Shown: positions 15,590-24,466 of the stretch, in pieces
Numbering within the stretch: position 1 is the first letter of the stretch
Layout of the letters: the number at the start of each line of letters is the position of its first letter
From: a virus
Reading direction: 5' to 3' (one strand)
Length of the DNA stretch: 44,936 nt
Virus record (IMG/VR): IMGVR_UViG_3300045988_042992
Coordinates: 1 to 44,936 of that record
The notes under the pieces: generated by a model
Database searches by the model: none
What the model saw: only the letters and a program-made list of their open reading frames with translations
Told to the model about the DNA's origin: nothing
Position numbers and translations under genes: made by a program

Positions 15590-18553
15590 TTACGCAAACA
15601 GGGGAGATTTGCCGGTTGCCCGGACCACCTCTTTGTTCTTCTTTACGACGTTGCGATACACCACATCGCCGTCCATATTGATAGTAATGTTAATATCCCC
15701 GGACACTCCATCCTTATTGGACATAGCGGACATTACAGCGCGGTACACGCCGTCAGACACGGCGGAAACGATTTGGTCATTGTTTGCAACGGCTGTCCGT
15801 CTGCCAATGTTGCCCACCATCTCCGCGCCAGCTTCACGGGCAACAAACAACTGGCCCTCGTTGGGAAAACCGCCCTCGGCAAACTGTTTGATCTTCGGGA
15901 TGTTTACCAATCGCTTATTGAAAGCCGGTATAATCTGAACGCCGCCGATTTTCAGACCCTTGAAGTCCAGGTGGAACATCTCATTTACCGCATCAATCAC
16001 GACATTGACGATGGAGATAATCCCGTTGGCCATCTTCTTTACAAATCGGGTAATAGGGTTGTCGTCCAGCTTCCATGCGGCGTGAGATGATGCAAGCCCG
16101 GCGGCAAGCACGGCAAGGCCGAGTCCAATTCCCGCGCCAGACAGGAGCAGCAAAACGCCGAGAACCATAAGTGCACCGCCAACAATACCCGCAATATAAG
16201 AAATCGACTTTTTCAGGAACTTTGAGACGGCGTCCCAGTTCAGCGCCGCAGCTGTCGCGAGGCTTGCCGCTCCGATTACCATCAGAGCAATGCCCAGAGG
16301 GATGTTTACCCCGGTAAACGTAAGCAACGCGCCGAGTACCAACAGCGCGGCACCAAGTATCACCATAACGGTGGTGATTGTTTTTTTCACGGAATCAGGC
16401 ATTTCGTTCCACTTTGGAACAATTGCTGTGGCCAGCACGAACGCACCAGCCACCATCAAGGCAATACCCAGCGGGATATTCGCCCCAGAGAAGGCCAAAA
16501 TAGCGCCTACCGCCAGTGCGCCCAGTGCAACGAATGTGACCAGCCCGCCGATGATTTGTCGGACATCTTCCGACAGTTTATCCCACGTCAGGGTTTGAGA
16601 CGCAATCAGCTCCGTTGCACCAAATGCCATAAGGCCGATGCCGATGGGAATATTTGCCCCGGAAAAAGCAAGGATTGCGCCGATAACCAGCGCCGCAGTT
16701 CCGCTTACAAGGTCAATGTTTGCGATGGCATTTTCCAAAACATTCTTTACGGCGTCCGGGTTATCTTCGTTGCCGGAAATCATCAGCGCAAGGCCGCTTG
16801 CCATCATGGCGATTCCGGCGGGCACGTTAATCCCGGTAAAAGCGAGAATCGCGCCAATAACAAAATCGGCCGCGCCTAATGTGGCTTTGATTTCTGCAAT
16901 GTTGTCTTCGATTGTCTGTTTGATCTCAGAAACCTTGCTTTGAACCTCCCCAGCCAGGAAACCGTACTCGGGCAAATTAATTCCAAGTCCACCAGAGCCG
17001 GTAATGCCAGCATCCGTTTTGCCGGAAGAACCCGCGTTGGACGGCAGGATGTTCAATTCGTCAAAGCCCATGGTGTAGCGCTTGAACTCCTTGGCAGCAT
17101 CTACCGCTGCATCCATGTTGTCCGAAAGCTCCCCGGCGGCAACAGCTCCACGATTCACGCCATCCCAGTCAACGTCCGTAAGCTCAAACCCGAACAGTTT
17201 AGCCAGCGAGTTCGCTAACTCGCGGACAATTTGCAGAAACGCAATGACATAAGGCAGAACCTTAGTCAGAATCGGGATAAACAGATTGCCGATTGCACGG
17301 GACACCTGAGTGATTTCCGCTCTAAGCACACGCAGCTGGTTCGCGGGAGCTTCCAGGGTTCGGGCCATGTCGCCCTGTGCGGTAGTCACCTGTGTCATAA
17401 TAGCGTAGTACCGCAGTTCTGCTTTTTCCGCCTGATTCATGGCGGAAACGCTCTTGGTAATACCAAGATTCAGCGCTTCCTGCTGCAATCGCGCAACAGA
17501 CAGGTCATAGCCCAATCTTCGCAAGGGCTCCAGTTCGCCTGCAATGCCGGATTGCAGCTTCTGCATGGAGTCCTCAATAGAGATATTGAAGAAAGAGGAC
17601 AGGTCATAGCCTAACTTTGTCAGGTTTTTGCTCATAGTGTATGCCCGGTCCTCTGTATCGCCGAATCCGGTCAAAAGTGTCTGGAACACGCCCTGGTTCC
17701 GCATCCACTGCGCCGGGTCGATGCCCATCACAGAAGATACTTTTTCTGCGTAGTTCTGCGCTTCCTTTGCGTATTTACCCAGTGCGACGTTGAACAGGTT
17801 CAGGTCCTCCTGGTACGTGTTGGATTCCGTGATAGCCGTTCCGATAAGGCCCGCCACGCGCCGCAGCCCAGCATACAAAATTCCGAACCGAATCATGCCC
17901 GTAGCTCTGCTGAACATGCTCGTTCTGCGCGTCCCGCGCTGCACGGCGGTGCTGTACTGGTTTACCATCGTAATGGCCCGCTGGAGTCTGGCGGGTAGCG
18001 CAGCAAATCCCGTTCCGAGCCGCTGCATCTCATCAGACAACGGGCGAATCGCCGCCGCAAGCTCCTTCATTTGGCGGTTAAACTTATCCAAGTCCGCCGC
18101 ATCAAGCTCACGCATAACCTCCGGGAGTTTGCCGAGTTGGCTAATAAACGATGTGAGATGGGATCGTCCCAGTTCGGAGAGTGGGCGCATACCGTCTGCA
18201 AGGGCAATCAGCTTATCGCCGTCCGTTGTCTTGATTTGGCTCAGCGCCGTAGATAGTGCGGCGATCTGGTTCGGCACGGAACTGGAGATTCTGACGGCGC
18301 TGACCTCACTCAGGCTTTTCAGTCCGCTGGTCAAGGACCGGATCCTCTGGAGTTTATCTGCGCTGGTGTTCTCCAGGGCCTTGTTCAGGGAGTCCAACTG
18401 CCTGGCAGTAGTGCGCAAAGCCGACACGCCCCCGGACGTGGCCGTTTTCAGACGAACCAGGGTATTTTGCAGCTTTTCCAGGGACGCTACGGTGCTGTCG
18501 CTGTTTTCCTTAATTTGAAACTCAATACCCTGGATTTCCACATTATCCGCCAT
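15590..18553 (-). CDS. Tail tape measure protein (about 987 aa) with five internal hydrophobic repeats
   Basis: Length, position and a coiled-coil N-terminal half support the call. Repeats of the type GAILAFSGANIPLGIALMV occur about 5 times. GGGAGGTGG start at 18553. Confidence 0.9.
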   Translation of the reverse strand: MADNVEIQGIEFQIKENSDSTVASLEKLQNTLVRLKTATSGGVSALRTTARQLDSLNKALENTSADKLQRIRSLTSGLKSLSEVSAVRISSSVPNQIAALSTALSQIKTTDGDKLIALADGMRPLSELGRSHLTSFISQLGKLPEVMRELDAADLDKFNRQMKELAAAIRPLSDEMQRLGTGFAALPARLQRAITMVNQYSTAVQRGTRRTSMFSRATGMIRFGILYAGLRRVAGLIGTAITESNTYQEDLNLFNVALGKYAKEAQNYAEKVSSVMGIDPAQWMRNQGVFQTLLTGFGDTEDRAYTMSKNLTKLGYDLSSFFNISIEDSMQKLQSGIAGELEPLRRLGYDLSVARLQQEALNLGITKSVSAMNQAEKAELRYYAIMTQVTTAQGDMARTLEAPANQLRVLRAEITQVSRAIGNLFIPILTKVLPYVIAFLQIVRELANSLAKLFGFELTDVDWDGVNRGAVAAGELSDNMDAAVDAAKEFKRYTMGFDELNILPSNAGSSGKTDAGITGSGGLGINLPEYGFLAGEVQSKVSEIKQTIEDNIAEIKATLGAADFVIGAILAFTGINVPAGIAMMASGLALMISGNEDNPDAVKNVLENAIANIDLVSGTAALVIGAILAFSGANIPIGIGLMAFGATELIASQTLTWDKLSEDVRQIIGGLVTFVALGALAVGAILAFSGANIPLGIALMVAGAFVLATAIVPKWNEMPDSVKKTITTVMVILGAALLVLGALLTFTGVNIPLGIALMVIGAASLATAAALNWDAVSKFLKKSISYIAGIVGGALMVLGVLLLLSGAGIGLGLAVLAAGLASSHAAWKLDDNPITRFVKKMANGIISIVNVVIDAVNEMFHLDFKGLKIGGVQIIPAFNKRLVNIPKIKQFAEGGFPNEGQLFVAREAGAEMVGNIGRRTAVANNDQIVSAVSDGVYRAVMSAMSNKDGVSGDINITINMDGDVVYRNVVKKNKEVVRATGKSPLFA

Positions 18554-18995
18554 TCTTACCACCTCCCTGTTCAAATCGTTTGTTGTTCGCGATCATAAAC
18601 ATCTCCATGGCGGACCGCGCTTTCTTGTCGCCTTGCTCCTGTTTTTTAGGCTTTTCGCTCTTTACATACAGGTCGTATGGGGAATCGCGGTACGGCTTTG
18701 GCCTGGTACCTTTCTTGCCGCCCATGCGGAGAATGGGTGCCAGGTCCGCCACGGCTTCATAAATGTATGCACCGTGCAGCCATGCGGTTTGATTTGTCAA
18801 ATCGCGTTTGATCTTCGCTGCTTCCCTGTAATATTTGACCAGTTCGCAGTCCTCGTCCCAGTACTGGCTATAGGTCATACCAATGGCCAGATAATATGGA
18901 AACAGCTCATAGAATTTATCGGAATAGCGGGGGATTGGCTCCCCCTCTTTATTCGACGGCGACTCGTTTACCAGTTCGCCGTCCAGGTAGGGTTT
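18543..18995 (-). CDS. Tail assembly chaperone extension (T-like), reached by -1 frameshift from the G-like ORF
   Basis: The slippery heptamer A_AAC_CCT (minus strand, 18995-18989) lies 21 nt before the G stop. The -1 frame is open from there to the stop at 18543 and contains ORF 18543..18878. Confidence 0.65.
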   Translation of the reverse strand, partial: KPYLDGELVNESPSNKEGEPIPRYSDKFYELFPYYLAIGMTYSQYWDEDCELVKYYREAAKIKRDLTNQTAWLHGAYIYEAVADLAPILRMGGKKGTRPKPYRDSPYDLYVKSEKPKKQEQGDKKARSAMEMFMIANNKRFEQGGGKNGG

Positions 18996-19303
18996 TCCTC
19001 GCTTTCCGCAGGCTCGTCCAGCAGGGCGATGATGGGGTCGTTGTACATATCAACCAGCTTGCCGATCAGTTCGTCCTTCTTGGACATACCCGCGTAAATC
19101 TTGTCGATCACATCGCGCTTAACAAACCGATGATGAGCCTTAAAAGCTCCAGCAAACAGCGCGGGAAGACTGGTCATAGGCTTGTTTTCGACTTCGGTCG
19201 CAACAAACCCTTCTTTCTCCATCAGCTCCACGGTCTTCCGGGTATATTCCAGGGTGTACGCAATGCCAGTCACGGGGTCCTTAACAGTAAGCGTCTTTGC
19301 CAT
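18968..19303 (-). CDS. Tail assembly chaperone (G-like, 111 aa)
   Basis: It lies between the major tail and tape measure genes. SD AAGGAGG. Confidence 0.8.
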   Translation of the reverse strand: MAKTLTVKDPVTGIAYTLEYTRKTVELMEKEGFVATEVENKPMTSLPALFAGAFKAHHRFVKRDVIDKIYAGMSKKDELIGKLVDMYNDPIIALLDEPAESEENPTWTANW

Positions 19304-19317
19304 GTTCTGTTTCCTCC

Positions 19318-19719
19318 TTATTCGTTCTCCAGGTTGATTACGGTCGAGGGAGCGATGGTGATAGCCATGCCCACAACTTCGTTGACACCGCCTCCAGTGG
19401 GGTACACGGACAACTCACCCTTAAAGCTGAACTTGCCGTCGGAACCGGAAGGAGTCAGCGTTCCAGCGCTTTCGGTGCCGCCGAACCATACGGCGTAATC
19501 CTCCTGCTTGCCCTCCAGCGCCTTGAGCGCCTTATAATCGGGCAAGGCGTAGTTGGCGGTGAAGGACAGGCCGTCCATGGACTGGATGCCCGCGATGAAC
19601 GTCTGCATCTTGTCGGAAAGCGTGGTGGTTTCCAGCATGTCGGGGTCGCCGCCCAGGTCGGGAAACTCTTTGATGTCGATCAGCTTCGACCACGACGCGG
19701 CGCTGGTATCCTTGTGCAT
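19318..19719 (-). CDS. Major tail (tube) protein
   Basis: Its position supports the call, as does ...LIDIKEFPDLGGDPDMLETTTLSDKMQTFIAGIQ... typical of Firmicute phage tail tube proteins. The N-terminus may extend upstream via a non-ATG start. Confidence 0.75.
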   Translation of the reverse strand: MHKDTSAASWSKLIDIKEFPDLGGDPDMLETTTLSDKMQTFIAGIQSMDGLSFTANYALPDYKALKALEGKQEDYAVWFGGTESAGTLTPSGSDGKFSFKGELSVYPTGGGVNEVVGMAITIAPSTVINLENE

Positions 19720-19768
19720 CAGGAAAACCTTGTAAGTAGAGATAGGGATAGGTCATCATTCCTTTCTG

Positions 19769-20170
19769 TTATCGTCTGAAAATAGTGGCCCCGTCTGTTT
19801 CCGCCCTGTATCTGGCAACAAGACGGTAGATAGAGGCGTTTTCCATGTTCGGGACCGGTGACATGGAAATCCTTGTGAAGTTGCGCGCATACATCATTCT
19901 GTCGATGTCTGCCATGATGGAACGGCATTCACTCTTTTTCCCGCCAGTTTTGTTGGAGTAAACGTTTACCTCGTACATCAGTACGGAATATCTCTCGCTT
20001 TCGGATGAATCTAATCGATTTGCGGCGGTGTAATTGTCCTGCTCCACAATGCTGGCATGTGGGAATTTAGGGGGTGCATTGATGTACTCCCCGGCCACGT
20101 CAATGCCCGGGTATTTTTCGCGGAGCTGTTCCGCGATGGGCGTATACACCTTGCTTTCGATGTCGATCAT
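19769..20170 (-). CDS. Tail terminator / tail completion protein
   Basis: Based on its position and size in the head-tail joining block. Confidence 0.6.
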   Translation of the reverse strand: MIDIESKVYTPIAEQLREKYPGIDVAGEYINAPPKFPHASIVEQDNYTAANRLDSSESERYSVLMYEVNVYSNKTGGKKSECRSIMADIDRMMYARNFTRISMSPVPNMENASIYRLVARYRAETDGATIFRR

Positions 20171-20694
20171 CGGAACACCTCCTTGACCAGGGCTGGGAGC
20201 CTGTCTGAAAGCTCCTTTACCGTGTCGTACATAGACATATTGGCCGGGTTGCCGTGAGTAAGAACCACCGTATTGCCGGTTTTGGGGTTCGTTTTCTCAA
20301 CTCCGTTTGTTCCGGGGTCCCCGTAGTAGCCCCACGTCCTTTGCTTGCCGTGACCCTTTCCGTAAGCGCCGCGAACCATGCCGTTTCGCGCGGCTTCCGG
20401 GTGGTTGTCCGGGTACATAACGCCAGTGCCGAATTCAATAAACAGGACGGACGCACCGACAGCTACTACCGCCGCCGTGCGTCCGTCCCGTTCTTCGATT
20501 TTTACATTCGCGTCGTTTGTCCCGTCGTATACAGCAGACTCAAATTTCGCAGATGCGATATCATACCCCATGGAAGAAAGCTCTCGGAGAAGCACATTCG
20601 CCCGGTCCTCCAGCCATGTCCGGTAATCCTCGACTACGTCAATCATTCGTTGAATGCCCGCAGCGGACAGCGCCGTCTTTACAGTCCTTTTCAC
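20167..20694 (-). CDS. HK97 gp10-family head-tail joining protein
   Basis: ...LFIEFGTGVMYPDNHPEA... motif and its position. Confidence 0.7.
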   Translation of the reverse strand: MKRTVKTALSAAGIQRMIDVVEDYRTWLEDRANVLLRELSSMGYDIASAKFESAVYDGTNDANVKIEERDGRTAAVVAVGASVLFIEFGTGVMYPDNHPEAARNGMVRGAYGKGHGKQRTWGYYGDPGTNGVEKTNPKTGNTVVLTHGNPANMSMYDTVKELSDRLPALVKEVFR

Positions 20695-21062
20695 GACACA
20701 TTCACCTTGCTGACGGCGATGGAAACCAAATTCAGAGACTTGGCAATTTGCTTTACAACGTAGTCATAAAGTGGCCTTCCGTCTTTATATTCCGGCTTTT
20801 TGTCGATAAAAAGTACTGCGTTTTCGTCAATTGGGCAGGTCATATCATCTGTGATAATTACCTTGTCATAGGAGATGAACTGCCCAAACTGCTGAATCTG
20901 AGCATACCCAGCAGCCGGGGAGATATTGGCTTCCATTTTCACTGGGTCCGCATATTTCACGCTTTTTTCTCCGGTTTCGTAGCCATTAGCGTCCTTCTCC
21001 AGTTCTGTCCCTCGGTACAAAAGATACCAGCACGGCCTTTTGTTTCGGTTCATGATTTTCAT
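20691..21062 (-). CDS. Head closure / head-tail adaptor protein
   Basis: Based on position; ATGA-type gene coupling. Confidence 0.6.
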   Translation of the reverse strand: MKIMNRNKRPCWYLLYRGTELEKDANGYETGEKSVKYADPVKMEANISPAAGYAQIQQFGQFISYDKVIITDDMTCPIDENAVLFIDKKPEYKDGRPLYDYVVKQIAKSLNLVSIAVSKVNVS

Positions 21063-21071
21063 CCTTGCACC

Positions 21072-21383
21072 TCACATGGTGGCCGCAAACGGCACGATTT
21101 CCCGCATAAGAGAAGGCGGCACATCGCCGCCCTCATAAGACCTGGAAACGCCATTTTCGCTATGCGCTGTTTCCCCCTCTGCTCCGCGCTTGTTGATGAG
21201 ATATGCGGCGATCTCAATTTGGTTGATCTCGTAGCATGCGGGGACAGCAGTGGCATCTGTCCCGAACGGAAACGCTCTGCGGAGAATCTTGCTGGCCGCA
21301 ATATTCAGATACGCAGAGAGAATCGATTCGCTTGTCTCTCCGGTCATGTCTCCCAGCATGGCCAGTTTTTCTTCGTCGCGCAT
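21072..21383 (-). CDS. gp6-like head-tail connector protein
   Basis: DEEKLAMLGDMTGETSESILSAYLNIAASKILRRAFP is typical of the gp6-like connector family. Confidence 0.7.
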   Translation of the reverse strand: MRDEEKLAMLGDMTGETSESILSAYLNIAASKILRRAFPFGTDATAVPACYEINQIEIAAYLINKRGAEGETAHSENGVSRSYEGGDVPPSLMREIVPFAATM

Positions 21384-21397
21384 CTCATACCTCCAGA

Positions 21398-22423
21398 TCA
21401 GCCGGTGACAGCTTTGGTGTTAACTGGATTGCTGGCGTCGTTGGCGATGAACACGCTGCGGCTGTAGGTGGGCTTGGTAAAGGTGGTGGCAATGCCGGTA
21501 AACTTGCCGTGATACCACTCAGGGCCATGGTCAAGGCCGATCTGGCCGAACAGCTGATACTTCTCGCCCGCGCCGGTCTTTGCCAGTTGTTCCAGGAAGA
21601 AGTTACCCTTGCCGGGCACGGGCTGGAACACGGGGGAAATAACGTCCAGGTTCAGCAGCAGAGCGGTGCCAGCGGGCAGGCACTCGCCAAGGTACAGATA
21701 CACCACGCCCAGGGGAGTAACCACGCTGGAAAGGGAAATGCCGTTGATTTCACGCGAAACGGGAACCACGGTCAGGCCGTTCTGAACAGCGTCGGCGTTG
21801 ACCTGGAACATGGTCACAGCGTCACACCACAGGCAAAGACCATCGGTGGGGGCGTTCTGCCCATAGATCTTCTTCACCATGTCGGCAATTTCCCACAGGC
21901 CCAGAGGCTTGCTGCCCATGGCCGTGACGTTGGTGGTAACTGCGGTGACAAGCCCACGGGTCTTGTTGATCTTGGTGTCATCGGTGGCCTTGTTATACAC
22001 GCCGTTGATAAACGTGTATTCAATGTCGCGGTTTATCTTCTGCATTTTAGCGGCCACCTGGAAGTCCAGTTCATTAATGGGGTTTGCCTGTTGACCAGCC
22101 ACGTTCAGGCCAGACAGGGTGCCCATATTGGACTGTTTGGCATAGGAAATGCCGACAGCCTCATGGAAAATCTGGGTAACGTTCGTTTTCTGCTCCCGGG
22201 TCACAATGGAAGCATCGGGGGCGGTCAAAGACGCAGACTCGGAGATGGCGGGCTGTTCTCCGCCGCCGGTGGTGTACTCCTGGCCGGTAACAAATTCTAC
22301 GTGGTTCGTCACCTTAGCCCGGGAACCGATAATGGAACTCAGGGGGGTCTTGGTATTGCCCTTGTTAAAGAGCATGCCGGAATAGTTCAGCGTTGCAAAA
22401 CTGGTAGCAAAAGTATCTGCCAT
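21398..22423 (-). CDS. Major capsid protein (HK97-fold type)
   Basis: 341 aa, directly after the scaffold gene. The ...GQIGLDHGPEWYHGKFTG... C-terminal motif is seen in this capsid family. Confidence 0.85.
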   Translation of the reverse strand: MADTFATSFATLNYSGMLFNKGNTKTPLSSIIGSRAKVTNHVEFVTGQEYTTGGGEQPAISESASLTAPDASIVTREQKTNVTQIFHEAVGISYAKQSNMGTLSGLNVAGQQANPINELDFQVAAKMQKINRDIEYTFINGVYNKATDDTKINKTRGLVTAVTTNVTAMGSKPLGLWEIADMVKKIYGQNAPTDGLCLWCDAVTMFQVNADAVQNGLTVVPVSREINGISLSSVVTPLGVVYLYLGECLPAGTALLLNLDVISPVFQPVPGKGNFFLEQLAKTGAGEKYQLFGQIGLDHGPEWYHGKFTGIATTFTKPTYSRSVFIANDASNPVNTKAVTG

Positions 22424-22436
22424 GTCTTAACTCCTT

Positions 22437-23012
22437 TTATTTGTTATTTGCGGATTCTTCTTGTGCCTTCAGGCGCGTGTAATAAGCGATTTCCGCATAG
22501 TTCTTGCTTGCACGCGCCTCCTCGATCTTCTTGCCGTAATCAACTCCAACGGGACCGGCACCGCCGTGCGGCGCGGGAGTGCCCTTGAGGATGTCGGACT
22601 TTACCTTCTTGGCATACTCGTCCAAGAACTTCTGCTGGTTCGCAAAGACCTTTGCGGAATCACCAGCCGCCAGAGCTTTGGCAGTGTCACTTGCCAGGTC
22701 CTCTGCATAGCCCTGCGCCACGAACTTGGCCTTGTACTCAGAGACGGTCTTTGCCGTTCTCAGCTCGTCAAGCTCTTTCTGCATGGCGGCAATGCTATCG
22801 GCTTGCTCCTGCTTTTTGCGCTCGTCCTCGGAAAGCATGTCGTTGTACTTTTTTTTCCACTGGGCGGCGTCGGAGTTTGCCTTGGAAATAGCGTTTTTCT
22901 GCCGAGAAAGCTCTGCGGCGTTGTCCTCATACTCAAAGCCCTCCAAGGCTTTGAGCTTGTCCTCGGTGGACATATCTGCGTAACCTTCGATTCTGCTGGT
23001 GTCGATTTTCAT
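22437..23012 (-). CDS. Scaffolding protein (GP20-like)
   Basis: It is a coiled-coil, acidic protein. The N-terminus MKIDTSRIEGYADMSTEDKLKALEGFEYEDN is typical of GP20 minor structural/scaffold proteins. Confidence 0.8.
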   Translation of the reverse strand: MKIDTSRIEGYADMSTEDKLKALEGFEYEDNAAELSRQKNAISKANSDAAQWKKKYNDMLSEDERKKQEQADSIAAMQKELDELRTAKTVSEYKAKFVAQGYAEDLASDTAKALAAGDSAKVFANQQKFLDEYAKKVKSDILKGTPAPHGGAGPVGVDYGKKIEEARASKNYAEIAYYTRLKAQEESANNK

Positions 23013-24454
23013 GTTGATACCTCCTGCGTTTTTTCGGCGGTTCCCTCCGCACCGTTTTCCGTTTTTTCCGAGGTTGTCTCCCCGTTGCGTTTTAACGACT
23101 TCCCTGTCGATAGTTCCTTTTCTTCTTGCTTTTCGGCATATTCCGCGCTGATTTTGTACGCAAGCTGAGGATCGGAGAACATGCCGCAGTGTGTAAATGC
23201 CAGTTGTGGGGCAATTTTCCCGTTGTTCAGCATGGCTACCAAAACACTGGCCTTTTCGCTGATATTTTCGTAATTCCGTCGCGTAAACCGGATTTCCAGG
23301 GCGGACATTTTCAAAGAAAGTGCCCGCAGATTATTGCAGATTTTGATGGCAATTTTCAGAAACTGCTTTTCGGACCGTTTGAACATCTGTTCGGAATCCT
23401 TTGCCCGCGCCTCTGCCGACGACCATCCGTCGCGCATAATGACCGCAGATCCGGTGTCACTGGTTGAGGACCCTCCATTCCGGTTCGGCATTCCGCAAAT
23501 TGTCAGAACGGTGTCGTACATGTCATCCGTCAAAGTCTGGGTCTGCGTCTGGTTCAGCTCCGCCGTCAGGTACCCAACGTCAGCCTTGAGCGTCGCGTCA
23601 ATGTCCTTGAACTTAATAGCACCTTCTGCCCTCAGATTCTTGTAATCTTCGGACGAAATGTCCACGTTGTGGAACAGCATCAGCGCCTGGACAAACTGTT
23701 CAACGCCGTCCATGCGGTTGGATTGGACGTTGTTGATAGCGTCCAGAAGGGGGAGCACGATTTCAAAAGCGCCCAACCGGGCTTCATTGGCGGGGTACTC
23801 GATAATGGGGATTCCCAAAATCTGCGGCTCCGCTTTCACGTCCCAGGTTTCCGTCACCTCGAAATACGTATCCTCGGAATAGCAGCAGAAAACAACGGTA
23901 TTGTCCTCTTTCTGCACATACGTCACGCCCAGAATGGGACGGTGACCTAATCCGCTGGAGTACACCACAAAGGTGTTGCGAGGGTCCAGTGTAAAAATCT
24001 CAAACGGAGATTCATCTTCCTCCACGTCCGCCATTCTGTCCGGCAGAATCATGCGGTAAGACGTGCCGCAAATATGGAACCAGTCCGCCAGCTCCTTGTC
24101 CTTTGCGGCCTTGTCTTCCGAAAGCGCATAATCGTTGAGCTTGGACACGCCTTCAGCGACAGATTCATCGTTCCCCCTGCTGACGTACTGCACAGGCTCA
24201 CCCAGAAGATACCCGACCTTGAACGAAACAATCTCGTTCGCCCGGTTCACAACAATCTTGTTGTTGATTTCCGGCCTGACGTCCTTTACCCTGCCCAAAA
24301 TGGGCTGGTCTCCCTTGTAATACCTGTAAAGATACTCAATATCCGCCCGGTTCATTTGGTGGATGGGCATAGCCCTTTGCAAAACATCCACCACATTTCC
24401 CCGGGTGACGTGCTCAACGTCCGTGTAGATAACCTTCCGACCAAAAAGATTCAT
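23009..24454 (-). CDS. Portal protein (SPP1 gp6-like)
   Basis: About 480 aa, downstream of terL. SD AAGGGGG is 7 nt before the ATG at 24454; the ORF-track GTG at 24460 is less likely. Confidence 0.85.
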   Translation of the reverse strand: MNLFGRKVIYTDVEHVTRGNVVDVLQRAMPIHQMNRADIEYLYRYYKGDQPILGRVKDVRPEINNKIVVNRANEIVSFKVGYLLGEPVQYVSRGNDESVAEGVSKLNDYALSEDKAAKDKELADWFHICGTSYRMILPDRMADVEEDESPFEIFTLDPRNTFVVYSSGLGHRPILGVTYVQKEDNTVVFCCYSEDTYFEVTETWDVKAEPQILGIPIIEYPANEARLGAFEIVLPLLDAINNVQSNRMDGVEQFVQALMLFHNVDISSEDYKNLRAEGAIKFKDIDATLKADVGYLTAELNQTQTQTLTDDMYDTVLTICGMPNRNGGSSTSDTGSAVIMRDGWSSAEARAKDSEQMFKRSEKQFLKIAIKICNNLRALSLKMSALEIRFTRRNYENISEKASVLVAMLNNGKIAPQLAFTHCGMFSDPQLAYKISAEYAEKQEEKELSTGKSLKRNGETTSEKTENGAEGTAEKTQEVST

Positions 24455-24466
24455 TGGCACACCCCC

